Shown: positions 18,005 through 27,432 of the stretch, piece by piece
How positions within the stretch are numbered: the first letter of the stretch is position 1
Layout: every line of letters starts with the position of its first letter
Virus record (IMG/VR): IMGVR_UViG_3300008259_002957
DNA from: a virus
Taxonomy: Duplodnaviria; Caudoviricetes
Length of the DNA stretch: 64,000 nt
Reading direction: 5' to 3' (one strand)
Program-made: the position numbers and the translations under genes
Notes under the pieces: generated by a model
What the model was told of the DNA's origin: nothing
Database searches by the model: none
What the model saw: the letters and a program-made list of their open reading frames with translations, nothing else

Positions 18005-18746
18005 ACTCTTCGCCGTATTGCACTTCTAAAATGTGGCATAATTCATCTGTACAATTATAGGCCTTGTGCCATACTTTATTTTCTATTATGTAGCCCGAAC
18101 TTAATTCTGACAATGTAATTTTTTGACTGATATTATTGTATTCTGTTTCTAAAATACATTTGCCTTTGAGAACATACCAATGTTCAGATCTTAAAAAATG
18201 TCTTTGCATTGAAAGACTCTTTCCAGGTTCGATAACTAGTTCTTTTACTTTATAGCCAGGCTTGTCGTCAAGCACTCTATACCAACCCCAATTACGCACT
18301 GTCTTTGGATTTTTCCATTCTTCTAGAATCCAACTGCTGCTATTCTTTTTGTCGTCGCCGCCCACGCTCCATGCAAATTCTACCCTTGGATGATTTCCGT
18401 ATTTGATTACTTCAGGTATATTTCCTGGATTTCTGTCGCCGCCATTGGCTACAATTATCTTTGTGTCCATTCCTGTCAAGTCAAGAATTTTTTCTATACA
18501 ATGATTACTGCTGCCAATTTCATCATCTTCAAAACCTAAAACTTGATCAACCATTCTAAGATTTCGAATAATGTTTGTTCTTTCTGCAAAAGGCATAAAT
18601 GGTCTGCCTTTTTTTCTAACTAACCATGCGTCAGAATTTACACCAACCCATAATTCGTCACCTAATTTTTTAGCTTCTTCAAAATAAGAAACATGTCCGC
18701 TGTGTAAAGGGTCAAAGCCGCCTGAAACTAATACTATTGTTTTCAT
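17973..18746 (-). CDS. bifunctional cytidylyltransferase-like (HIGH) / mannose-6-phosphate-isomerase-type cupin
   Basis: SGGFDPLHSGH, VNSDAWLVRKKG, ANGGDR, KKNSSS; then RNWGWYRVL, SLSMQRH..RSEHWYV. Confidence 0.85.
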   Translation of the reverse strand: MKTIVLVSGGFDPLHSGHVSYFEEAKKLGDELWVGVNSDAWLVRKKGRPFMPFAERTNIIRNLRMVDQVLGFEDDEIGSSNHCIEKILDLTGMDTKIIVANGGDRNPGNIPEVIKYGNHPRVEFAWSVGGDDKKNSSSWILEEWKNPKTVRNWGWYRVLDDKPGYKVKELVIEPGKSLSMQRHFLRSEHWYVLKGKCILETEYNNISQKITLSELSSGYIIENKVWHKAYNCTDELCHILEVQYGEECVESDIERRS

Positions 18747-18758
18747 AAAAATATTTAA

Positions 18759-19382
18759 TCAACTCCACCCGAATATGTAGTCTTTTCTGATATTGGTGAT
18801 TTCTTTTGCGCCATGGTTTTTTAAATAAGTACCTGCACAATACTCTGTATCAGGATGCTGCTCAACAACAATGATGGGTTTGTATTTTAGAATGGTTTCA
18901 ATACCACCTTTTAATACTTCTAATTCGTATCGTTCACAATCGATTTTAAGAAGGCCGAACTTGGGTAAATTTAAGTCATCTAAACGTTTAATATCAATAG
19001 AACCCTGGCCTGTTTCGCTAACATAACTACTACCAGTGTTTTCTGCATCGTAAATCATTTCTACTTTATTGGTTACGTTGCCCAATGCATATTTGTGTAT
19101 TTCAATGTTTAGTCCTGCTACGTTACGATCCAAACAACTATATACTTGTTCTAATGGCTCAAATGCAACTACGTGATTGAACACTTTTGTTAAAGGTTTT
19201 GACCATAATCCAACATTGGCTCCTACATCAACTGCTATGTTAAAATCAGTTACATACTTATATGCTTCATCTCTAACGTCATCTTGATACTCGGGTGGCC
19301 CGCCATTTTTAATACGTTTAGCGATTAGTCTTTCAAAATGATTGTCGCTGTCTGGCATCCAATAATCATAAACTTTTTTCAT
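18759..19382 (-). CDS. FkbM-family SAM-dependent methyltransferase
   Basis: AVDVGANVG, AFEP, LKIDCERYE. Confidence 0.88.
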   Translation of the reverse strand: MKKVYDYWMPDSDNHFERLIAKRIKNGGPPEYQDDVRDEAYKYVTDFNIAVDVGANVGLWSKPLTKVFNHVVAFEPLEQVYSCLDRNVAGLNIEIHKYALGNVTNKVEMIYDAENTGSSYVSETGQGSIDIKRLDDLNLPKFGLLKIDCERYELEVLKGGIETILKYKPIIVVEQHPDTEYCAGTYLKNHGAKEITNIRKDYIFGWS

Positions 19383-20041
19383 ACTACACCTATTAATGCA
19401 TTTTTACTGCCTACATTTTCTAATTCTCGATACCCATAGTTTTTTAATATATCAAAAACAGAATTTTTTTCTTGATTATATCTCAGTGAATGACCTTTTC
19501 TTTCGTACAAAATAACAGGTTTATATTTTTTGATAGTATCAATAGCACCTTGTATAATAAATGTTTCGTATCCTTCAACATCTATTTTTATAAAATCTAC
19601 ATTTTTAAACTCAAAGGAGTCTAGTGTCTTTACTTTAATATTTCCATGCGATGTAGGATCAACATGTGTACTAAATGTTTTATTAGAATCAAAGTTAAGA
19701 GCAACAGTTTCTTCTTTATTTCCTAATCCACAATCATAGATACTGACATTATTTAATTTGAACTTTTTTGCATTTAACTTAAAACATTCATTAACTTCAG
19801 GTACAATTTCAAAACTCGAAACATGATCGAAATATTTTGACATATTATAGGTCATTAAACCGTAATTTGCTCCAATATCAATTGCATGACGAGTTTTTCC
19901 TTTTCCGCAATACTTAAATGCAGTTTCTAGATGATCTTTTTGGTATTCTAAAACATCTTTTAATCCGACTCTGTCAATGGCTCTTGATAAAGTGTTATCT
20001 CCTTTTAAAACACTCCATTCTTGAAAAATATCAATTTCCAA
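19379..20041 (-). CDS. FkbM-family SAM-dependent methyltransferase
   Basis: AIDIGANYG, SFEI, IKIDVEGYE. Confidence 0.88.
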   Translation of the reverse strand: MEIDIFQEWSVLKGDNTLSRAIDRVGLKDVLEYQKDHLETAFKYCGKGKTRHAIDIGANYGLMTYNMSKYFDHVSSFEIVPEVNECFKLNAKKFKLNNVSIYDCGLGNKEETVALNFDSNKTFSTHVDPTSHGNIKVKTLDSFEFKNVDFIKIDVEGYETFIIQGAIDTIKKYKPVILYERKGHSLRYNQEKNSVFDILKNYGYRELENVGSKNALIGVV

Positions 20042-20052
20042 TGTTGTTTCCT

Positions 20053-20325
20053 TTATTTTTTATTTCTTTCATTTCGAAGCATGTGTTTCTCTTGACGTAT
20101 TTCTTTGCTTTCTTTTTCCCACCACCCGTCGTCGTAGTTGTGTTTATACTGGCGGAGTTTTGCATTCATTTTTTTTGCCATTAAAAATGCTTCTTCAAGT
20201 TTGTTTTCTATGTCTTGTTTAACTTGAGTATCTGGCAAATTATCGTATATTAAATCATAAAGTTCTCTATGCACTTCGCATATAGTTCTAAACTTTTGCG
20301 TTTTATCAGTTTTAAATCCTGCCAT
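20053..20325 (-). CDS. hypothetical protein
   Basis: 90-aa ORF with GGGG/AAGG-type RBS, colinear with neighbours. Confidence 0.7.
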   Translation of the reverse strand: MAGFKTDKTQKFRTICEVHRELYDLIYDNLPDTQVKQDIENKLEEAFLMAKKMNAKLRQYKHNYDDGWWEKESKEIRQEKHMLRNERNKK

Positions 20326-20334
20326 AATAACCCC

Positions 20335-20790
20335 TTATAAGGTAGCATCTTCCATGCCGGCTACTCTTAACTTTACTACATTAGTTATCTGCCACTGTTT
20401 TTGGTCTAACGCTTTTAAAACACCTAACCATTTGTTTCTAATAAGTGCAAATTCGTTAATAACTTTTTCGTAATCAACTACGTCTGCTTCGCCGTCGACA
20501 TACTTTTCTACGTCTCGACTGCTTAATGCACGTTGATAGTTTTCAAGATATTTTTTAAAGAAACTACTACGAAGACGTCTTAGTTCAATATTAAGATATT
20601 CTAGTATTGCTTCAATTTCTTGTAGTTGATTAAATCTGTGTTCGACAATACCAGGCATTTCTGCGGCTGCTCGTTCTATATTGCCTTTTAGTTTAACTTC
20701 GAGACGAGCTGTTGCCAACTCGTCTTCGAAATATATGATAGCATTCGGTATCTCTCCGATGTCTCGAGATACTTTGCTGTACCAGCCCAT
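20335..20790 (-). CDS. uvsY: UvsY-like recombination mediator
   Basis: Helical 151-aa protein (YLENYQRALSSRDVEKYVDGE...LKALDQKQWQITN) two genes downstream of uvsX. Confidence 0.65.
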   Translation of the reverse strand: MGWYSKVSRDIGEIPNAIIYFEDELATARLEVKLKGNIERAAAEMPGIVEHRFNQLQEIEAILEYLNIELRRLRSSFFKKYLENYQRALSSRDVEKYVDGEADVVDYEKVINEFALIRNKWLGVLKALDQKQWQITNVVKLRVAGMEDATL

Positions 20791-21008
20791 TATTCATCCT
20801 CTTCGTCGTCGTCTGCGTCAAGATCTAAATAATAGTTTATAGCATAATCTAGATATTTGTCATTACCTAAAAGTTCTTTAAAAGTAATGTCATCAATACC
20901 ATAATCAGCAAGCAAGTCTACAAACTTTTCTGCTGCTATATCTATTTGTTTTTTATCAAGATATTCTTTAAATAAACTCCAAATATCAGCAATTTGGGCT
21001 TCGTTCAT
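20790..21008 (-). CDS. hypothetical small acidic protein
   Basis: 72 aa, TAATG overlap with the next gene. Confidence 0.7.
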   Translation of the reverse strand: MNEAQIADIWSLFKEYLDKKQIDIAAEKFVDLLADYGIDDITFKELLGNDKYLDYAINYYLDLDADDDEEDE

Positions 21009-21014
21009 AGTTAA

Positions 21015-22088
21015 TTACTCCTCGTTATCAACAACTGCTTCTTTGTCAGCATCTTCGATATTTACCGAAATTGCTTTTTTATTAGGCATATCGTCCATAA
21101 CGCGGTCTAGTAAATCACCTGACCAATTTTTGCGATATTCAAGAAACACTTCGCCGTCACTGGTAACATACTGATAACGGTTTCCAATTTTCTCCAGCAA
21201 ACCTTTTGTTTCAAACATGTCAAACAATCCGCTGTAAGGGTCCATTCCTGTTTCGTATGGAATTTTAACCTGTACACTTTCAAACGGTTTAGCATATCTT
21301 GTTTTCATAATCTTACAGGCTGCTCTAATACCGTTGACTGTTGATGTTTTGTTGCCATCTTCGTCTTCTTTGAGTTTGAGTTTTTTCATTGCTACAACAA
21401 TACTACTTGCATAGATAAAACCTGCACCGCCGGAAATCTTGTCATCCGGATCAAACATGTCTTGACTTGCATAAGTGTGATTGGTAACAACCATGCCTAC
21501 GTTATAACTGCCAAACATGTTAACACAGTTTGTAACCAATGCTTTAAGTGCTTTGGCCTTACGACCCATGTCACCTTTCATGTCACCTGCTTCGAACTGG
21601 TTAAGTTCTGTAGGCGACATAAGCATACCCAAACTGTCGATTACAAACAATACTTTTGGACGATCTTTTTCGTCCATTGTTTTGTAATCTTTCATAAACA
21701 GCGAAATAGTTTTAGCAACATCGTCAATCATTGCCATGTTAAGTTTTAGCAATTTATCTTCGCTGGTATCTACACCTAGAGCGTGTAGCCATGTTTCGTC
21801 GAGTGCGTTTTCGCTGTCAATTAGAACAACAAAGATACCTTGCTCTTGTGCATTTTTTACAATGTTACCAGAACAGAAATAACTCTTGCCCGAGCCTGAT
21901 TCACCTGCAAACACACTAACCTTTCCTAGTGGAATACCTTTTTTAAAGTCTCCACTGATCAAGTAGTTAAGTGCATAACTGCCTGTTGAAATCCAGTCTG
22001 TAGGATCGTGAAATCCTGCACTCATTCCGTCAATAGACTTTGTTAGACTATTGCGAAATTTTGTTGGGTCAAATGTTTTGGTTGCCAT
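21015..22088 (-). CDS. uvsX: RecA-like recombinase UvsX
   Basis: ISTGSYALN, FAGESGSGKS (Walker A), IDSENA, VIDSLG, NHTY, SGGAGFIYASS. Confidence 0.93.
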   Translation of the reverse strand: MATKTFDPTKFRNSLTKSIDGMSAGFHDPTDWISTGSYALNYLISGDFKKGIPLGKVSVFAGESGSGKSYFCSGNIVKNAQEQGIFVVLIDSENALDETWLHALGVDTSEDKLLKLNMAMIDDVAKTISLFMKDYKTMDEKDRPKVLFVIDSLGMLMSPTELNQFEAGDMKGDMGRKAKALKALVTNCVNMFGSYNVGMVVTNHTYASQDMFDPDDKISGGAGFIYASSIVVAMKKLKLKEDEDGNKTSTVNGIRAACKIMKTRYAKPFESVQVKIPYETGMDPYSGLFDMFETKGLLEKIGNRYQYVTSDGEVFLEYRKNWSGDLLDRVMDDMPNKKAISVNIEDADKEAVVDNEE

Positions 22089-22291
22089 TAACTATCTCTC
22101 TTGATGGTTAACGTATCGCGAATTAAGTCAACAAGGTCGTCTTCGGTTGAACAAAGAATTTTTGCTGTAGACCACTCGTCTTCGCTGTCTCTACCTGTTG
22201 CTTCAATCATGAAGCCGTTGTCGTACATACTTATAATAAACGTTTCGCCTATTTTATTGAGTTTGTCACTGATTTTTGTAATTTTAGCCAT
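22088..22291 (-). CDS. hypothetical protein
   Basis: 67 aa with GGAG RBS. Confidence 0.7.
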   Translation of the reverse strand: MAKITKISDKLNKIGETFIISMYDNGFMIEATGRDSEDEWSTAKILCSTEDDLVDLIRDTLTIKRDS

Positions 22292-22305
22292 AATTATCTC
22301 CTATG

Positions 22306-22334
22306 AAAAAGTAGTAGGGGATTTCTCCCCTACT
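22306..22334 (-). terminator. intrinsic terminator after gp32
   Basis: 9-bp stem AGTAGGGGA/TCCCCTACT, 4-nt loop, followed by ACTTTTT on the minus strand. Confidence 0.75.
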
Positions 22335-22336
22335 GA

Positions 22337-23323
22337 TTAACCTTGATTTTGACGTGCTCTAATCTTTGCAAGAATGTCTTGTGCGCCGCTAGCGGATGGC
22401 ATTGCTGCTTCTGGCTTAGGTGCTTCCATTTTTACTGGAGCCGGAGCAGGCTCATCTTCAAAAGGGATATCGTCGTCACGTGATGCTTTGCTTGCACTGC
22501 TTGCACTGCTGTTCATAGGATCGCCAGTCTTTGCTGCAAGACCTGCTGGACGGAAATATTGGCTCCAACGATCTGGATCGTAAGGTTCTCCATCTACGCT
22601 AGCCTCAAACATTTCAGTAAGAACTTTTAGTTCTACTTCGGTTGGCTTCTTAGGAAGGAAATCAGAAAGATTAAATAGACCGTTGTTATTAATTGCTTTC
22701 ATCTCTGCATCAGTTAGCGGACGAGTACGACGTGCCCAATTACTTGCACCGTAGTCTGCATAGCCACCTTTGCTTCCTTTGCTTAGACGGAAATCAACAC
22801 CACCGGTATAGTCTGTTGGAAGATCTTCCAAATCAGGATCCATCAATGCTGCTTTGATTAGTTGGAAAATTTGTGGGCCGATAATAAAGCGACGAATCGG
22901 ATTTTCCGCAACCGAATCTTCTTTTAGCGGATTGTCTGTAACAAAACCTTGGAAGATATAACTACGCTTTTTCCAGTACTTGCGTCCTAGTTCTTCAAGT
23001 GCCGTATCTTTGAACCAACCGCGAACGTCTGCCAGAATAGGGCAGTTTTCGCCATACATTTCCATGCAAGGAACCTGTACTTGTACCGGACGCGAATCCG
23101 TTTCTCCTTTAACTCCAGCAAATGGGAGTTTAATCATAAGGCGTTCTGCCCAGAAGAATGTGTTGTTGGTATTACCGTCTGGAAGGAAACGCAATGTTGC
23201 TGTTTGACCTTCTTGCATATTCCAAAACGGGTAAATTGCGTTATCGCCACCTGTATTAGAATTGCCTGCCGAACGTGTTTCTTGTTCTTTAAGTTTTGCG
23301 CGAATTTCTGCTAATGATGCCAT
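22337..23323 (-). CDS. gp32: single-stranded DNA-binding protein (T4 gp32-like)
   Basis: LRFLPDG, CPIL, YWKK, IIGPQIF, DYTGGVDF, YADY; basic N-arm and acidic/proline-rich tail. Confidence 0.85.
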   Translation of the reverse strand: MASLAEIRAKLKEQETRSAGNSNTGGDNAIYPFWNMQEGQTATLRFLPDGNTNNTFFWAERLMIKLPFAGVKGETDSRPVQVQVPCMEMYGENCPILADVRGWFKDTALEELGRKYWKKRSYIFQGFVTDNPLKEDSVAENPIRRFIIGPQIFQLIKAALMDPDLEDLPTDYTGGVDFRLSKGSKGGYADYGASNWARRTRPLTDAEMKAINNNGLFNLSDFLPKKPTEVELKVLTEMFEASVDGEPYDPDRWSQYFRPAGLAAKTGDPMNSSASSASKASRDDDIPFEDEPAPAPVKMEAPKPEAAMPSASGAQDILAKIRARQNQG

Positions 23324-23400
23324 AGTTTTTGCCTCCTATAAATGTTGCCTATGTGCTTAGTGCCTATAATGTGTAGCACATTGTTAATACTACACAGTTT

Positions 23401-23428
23401 TATTTATCTTGTCTACTGAAAAATGTCA
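23401..23428 (-). promoter_or_regulatory. composite promoter upstream of gp32 (TTGACA-N17-TAAATA; also ATAAATA late motif)
   Basis: Minus strand reads TTGACA tttttcagtagacaaga TAAATA. Confidence 0.55.
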
Positions 23429-23450
23429 AAAAAATGAATAAGTTAGCAGA

Positions 23451-25793
23451 TTAATAACCTGCTAACTTTTTAATGATTTCCATTTGTGGATATGGTGAAT
23501 TTTGAAGTTCTTCGGCCTGTTTAGCCATTACAGTGCTTTCAATTTTTTTCATGAATTGTGCGGCGGGTTTCACAAATTGGTCGCCGTAATCTTTTTGCAC
23601 CGCGGTCAATACCGCTGTTTCGCCTTTGGGGAATTTACCTGATTCTCTATCAAAATAACTTAGAATAAATTCACTTAGTGGTATTTCGGGTTTTTTTGGA
23701 GTCATGCTCATTGGCGACATAGTTGAGTCTGTGGGTGGTGAGTATTCTGTTTCTGCTTCGTCTCTTATTGAGTCAAGATACTGCATCACCGGATACAATG
23801 TGTTTACAATTTGATTTGCAAATTGTGCGTTGCTACTTGAACCTGGCTCACGTTCCATGCCTTTGGCAACTTTACGCAATTCCATCATTGCCTTAATAGC
23901 GTCCTTTGCATTGTTGTCGATGTTTTGAAATCCTTTGGTCTTGGCTTCAATGAAGTTGTATACTTCCCATACATCATTAGCATATTCACCGGCTAAATTG
24001 CCTTCATAACTGCTTTGGCCTAATTCAATTGACTTACTGATTTTACGCAAGTTGCCTAAAACTGATATAGCATCTTTGTTTGTGTTGATGTATGCTTCAC
24101 CAAAAGTTCTACGATATGAATTACTAGCCATCGAACCTTTTGAGCCTATAACTGCATTACCGTCGCCTGACAGCATAAGATCGTACATCAGTTTGATTAC
24201 ATCCATAGGAGTTCTTTTGCTTGCTATTGTTCTTTTAAACCATGCTACTTTTTCTGGTTTCATTGGTCTACGAGATTTAGTAGTGATAAGTTCTATTGCT
24301 CTACGCTTAACATCATCTACGTTATTCATCTTTTGTAGTTGTCTTAGATCGTCGGCTGTAAAGTTATCATCTTCTGCTTCGCTAACTTTTACGCAGTTGT
24401 CTACACGTTTGCCACCTTTCATTTTGGTGCCCATACGCTTGTAGCCTTTCCAGCATACTTTGCCGTCTACGCCTTTTTGCTTTTCTTCGCTGAGTGTACG
24501 CCAACTCGGATTGCCACAATCTTCGCACACGTGATCACTAAACTGACCCATTGTATCTTCAAACGCTTGCTCTAGTTCAAACTCTTCTCTAGTAGTGTGA
24601 GGTCTTGGCACCCTACCACTCATAGGACTGTATCCTTTGTCTTTCTTAGGAGATGGCTTAAATACGTCTGCTTCGGGTTCTTTGTTATCGGCAGAAGTTC
24701 TACGGTCAGACCTGCGATCCAACCTACGAGCAGCACTTAATGCCACAGCCGCACGGGCAGCACCTGATATTTCATCGAGATCATCTACTTCTTCTGCTAC
24801 TAGATCTTCTGGGCCAAGTTCTTTGGCCTTTGTTGCTTCGCCTACTAATTTGTAAATGTACGGAAATACGTCTTTGAGTTCTTCGTTAAACTGCTTGATA
24901 GTAAGTTGATCTATCCAATTCTCAGAAACGTCATTGGGTACTTCTTCTACAACCTGTACTGTAAAGTTTGCGGCTGCTTCTCGATAATATGCTTCTTTTT
25001 GTAGGTGATGAATTTCTTTTTTAACAGCCTGGATGCGTTCATTAACTGTGTCCATATAACCTGCAAGTGTTTCAGCCATCACTGTGCTTCTACCCATGTA
25101 TGTTTTGAACTTTTGTAATTTTACTGCTTCTTCACTGAGGCCTGCAACGTACTTGCCGAAATCGTCATAAGCATTACCGCCTTCACTAACGTGACGAGCC
25201 ATTGCTCTAGCACCTGCTAGGTGACGGAATGGATATTTAAAACGTTCACCTTCTGGAGATTCAATATAAATTGCACCGATTTTTTGTGAACGGCTACCTA
25301 CTGATTCAACGTTGATTGGTTGAGTATGCTTAATTGCTAGGCGTGCGTTTCCGATACGCTGATAACTTGTTTTGTTTGTGCCATACATTCTTGACTCGGC
25401 CATTGGTTCTTCTCCGGGGCGATTTGTTGCTAAAAATTGATAGTCTCTTCTGTTTAGATTTGACTTATTAATATCTCGTACATCAAATGGCATCATTCTT
25501 TTCTTAGCAAAGATTCTCAACTCTTTAAGAAAATTATACCAGTTGCCTTGTACTACTTCGTCCTTACCTTGTACTAGATCTTTTCCTACTACTACAACAA
25601 CACCGTTTTTTTCATCTAAACTAACATTTACTTTACCAAGTTCATTGCCGGAATCGGTAAATGCAAAATCAAAGAAACGTGCATCAGATGGAACATTTGT
25701 AATATTTCCATCTCGGTCGCCGATAGTTACGCTAGGAAATCTTCCGCGAATCTTTTGAAATAGATCATTTGCTACACTACTAAGGTTCTTCAT
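23451..25793 (-). CDS. large hypothetical, probable internal head/virion protein with modular segments
   Basis: 780 aa; late motif ATAAATA 7 nt before the ATG; includes the CWKGYKRMGTKMKGGKRVDNCV module and several x-x-E junctions. Confidence 0.7.
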   Translation of the reverse strand: MKNLSSVANDLFQKIRGRFPSVTIGDRDGNITNVPSDARFFDFAFTDSGNELGKVNVSLDEKNGVVVVVGKDLVQGKDEVVQGNWYNFLKELRIFAKKRMMPFDVRDINKSNLNRRDYQFLATNRPGEEPMAESRMYGTNKTSYQRIGNARLAIKHTQPINVESVGSRSQKIGAIYIESPEGERFKYPFRHLAGARAMARHVSEGGNAYDDFGKYVAGLSEEAVKLQKFKTYMGRSTVMAETLAGYMDTVNERIQAVKKEIHHLQKEAYYREAAANFTVQVVEEVPNDVSENWIDQLTIKQFNEELKDVFPYIYKLVGEATKAKELGPEDLVAEEVDDLDEISGAARAAVALSAARRLDRRSDRRTSADNKEPEADVFKPSPKKDKGYSPMSGRVPRPHTTREEFELEQAFEDTMGQFSDHVCEDCGNPSWRTLSEEKQKGVDGKVCWKGYKRMGTKMKGGKRVDNCVKVSEAEDDNFTADDLRQLQKMNNVDDVKRRAIELITTKSRRPMKPEKVAWFKRTIASKRTPMDVIKLMYDLMLSGDGNAVIGSKGSMASNSYRRTFGEAYINTNKDAISVLGNLRKISKSIELGQSSYEGNLAGEYANDVWEVYNFIEAKTKGFQNIDNNAKDAIKAMMELRKVAKGMEREPGSSSNAQFANQIVNTLYPVMQYLDSIRDEAETEYSPPTDSTMSPMSMTPKKPEIPLSEFILSYFDRESGKFPKGETAVLTAVQKDYGDQFVKPAAQFMKKIESTVMAKQAEELQNSPYPQMEIIKKLAGY

Positions 25794-25806
25794 TATATGT
25801 TATTTA

Positions 25807-27390
25807 TCAAAAACTACTGCTTATAAAGATCGGCATTGGCATTTCATAGTCGTCTTCGGTTTCGATTTGGACAAATGTATTATATATTGTTGGGTCCCAA
25901 TCTTTGATAATTGTAATCATTCTTAAAGACAACATCATTGCACTTACAAGATCGTCTGTTTGTCCTTGCTTGGCTTGAAAACTACTGCCTGTGGCAATAA
26001 AGTTTTTAAGTTCGGAGATAAGAGGTTTACTTCTAACCAACAGTTGATCGTTTTCAATCATTGTTTTTAATCTAGCACATACAGTTACTTTTGAACTATG
26101 TGTTGTGTTAAAGCCTTTTCTAAACTTTCTAACATGACCTTTTCTTATTGGCTCGCTAATAAAAAGCCCAGGAATATTTTCTTCACCAAAGTCGTTGATA
26201 ACAATTAGCGCGGCTTCTCCTAGTCCGTTGTTTTCTACACTCCAGTATATGTTAGAACCTCCGGATTTTGTTTCGTCAGCAATATATTGACAAATATCTT
26301 TTAGCACTCTAATTTGGCCAGGAATTGCAGTGGTGTTATGTTGCCATTCTGCAACTTGTTCGTAGGTCGGTAATTCGATAACCTGTATTGCTGCGTAGTT
26401 TCCGCCGGTACCCATAGCAGGGTCTAATGCTACAACATAACTGTATTTTGGATTAGGTTTTTTATACCAACGAGTTTGCCCCATGTTTATTATAGGACTA
26501 ACGCCCTCCATTTCAGCAAGTTTAATACTGTTAACTAGTGTTTCGTCATAGATTAAGAATTCACAGCCATATTCACGACGAAACTTTTCTTCACCGATAC
26601 GACCAAGTTCGGCTTTTTTCCATTCTTCGTCGCGGTCTGGATGTTCGTCCCAGTATGCTCTAAATGCATGAAATCCGTTTACACCTACTTCACTTTCGTT
26701 GCCATATTCGTCAAATTTTAGTTCTGCTTGTTTCCAAATTGTAGCAAATGTATCTTCGTCGCTGTTTGGTGTACTAGTGATAATTGCTCGGCCACCTGTT
26801 GCAAGTGTAGGCGAAATTGAGGTCCAAAACTCTTCTGCAATGTTGGGCTGCACGAACGCAAATTCGTCACAGTATAGCAATGAAATACTCATACCACGTC
26901 CTGTGTTACCAGTAGTTGTTTGGCTTACAATACGTGACCCGTTTTCAAATTCAATAAAGCCTTTGGCATAACCAGTTGCACCTGCACGAATGTGATCCGG
27001 ACAAGTTTCGTAAACATAACGAACACGTTGCATGATTTCTTGTGCGCCGGTATATTTGTGTGCTGCAATAAGAATGGTTTGATCTGGGTGAAACATTGCA
27101 TACCAGCAAAGATAAATTGCAGCACAAGTTGTTTTTCCTGTTTGTCGAGGCATCATGTTAATGTTAAAACGAAAACTATGATAACTGTGCAATAATCTTA
27201 ACTGATATTCATAAGGTTCAAACAGCAACTTACCTTTAACAGGATGCTGAATGTAAGCAAAGTGTTTTGCAAAGTGCAAATAACCTTCTTCAGGATCCAT
27301 ACATTTGAGTAAATCCTCAATTTGATTTTCTGTATATGTTTCTTTTTGGTTGGCCTTCTTAACTAAGACCCCGTCTAAACTTTTTCCCAT
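25807..27390 (-). CDS. gp17: terminase large subunit (T4 gp17-like)
   Basis: YEYQ, PRQTGKTT (Walker A), LYCDEFAF (Walker B), ITSTPN, LDPAMG, DDLVSA. Confidence 0.95.
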   Translation of the reverse strand: MGKSLDGVLVKKANQKETYTENQIEDLLKCMDPEEGYLHFAKHFAYIQHPVKGKLLFEPYEYQLRLLHSYHSFRFNINMMPRQTGKTTCAAIYLCWYAMFHPDQTILIAAHKYTGAQEIMQRVRYVYETCPDHIRAGATGYAKGFIEFENGSRIVSQTTTGNTGRGMSISLLYCDEFAFVQPNIAEEFWTSISPTLATGGRAIITSTPNSDEDTFATIWKQAELKFDEYGNESEVGVNGFHAFRAYWDEHPDRDEEWKKAELGRIGEEKFRREYGCEFLIYDETLVNSIKLAEMEGVSPIINMGQTRWYKKPNPKYSYVVALDPAMGTGGNYAAIQVIELPTYEQVAEWQHNTTAIPGQIRVLKDICQYIADETKSGGSNIYWSVENNGLGEAALIVINDFGEENIPGLFISEPIRKGHVRKFRKGFNTTHSSKVTVCARLKTMIENDQLLVRSKPLISELKNFIATGSSFQAKQGQTDDLVSAMMLSLRMITIIKDWDPTIYNTFVQIETEDDYEMPMPIFISSSF

Positions 27391-27405
27391 AAAATATTTA
27401 GCAAT

Positions 27406-27431
27406 AAAAAAAGCGCCTCTTGGCGCTTTTT
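27406..27431. terminator. intrinsic terminator (bidirectional form)
   Basis: AAAAAAAGCGCC-TCTT-GGCGCTTTTT between genes. Confidence 0.8.
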
Positions 27432-27432
27432 G

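Noticed and set aside
20168-20176. T8 homopolymer as another slippage site
   Set aside because: The ORF reads through intact (MAKKMN) and no alternative-frame extension explains a gap; the run is short for transcriptional slippage.
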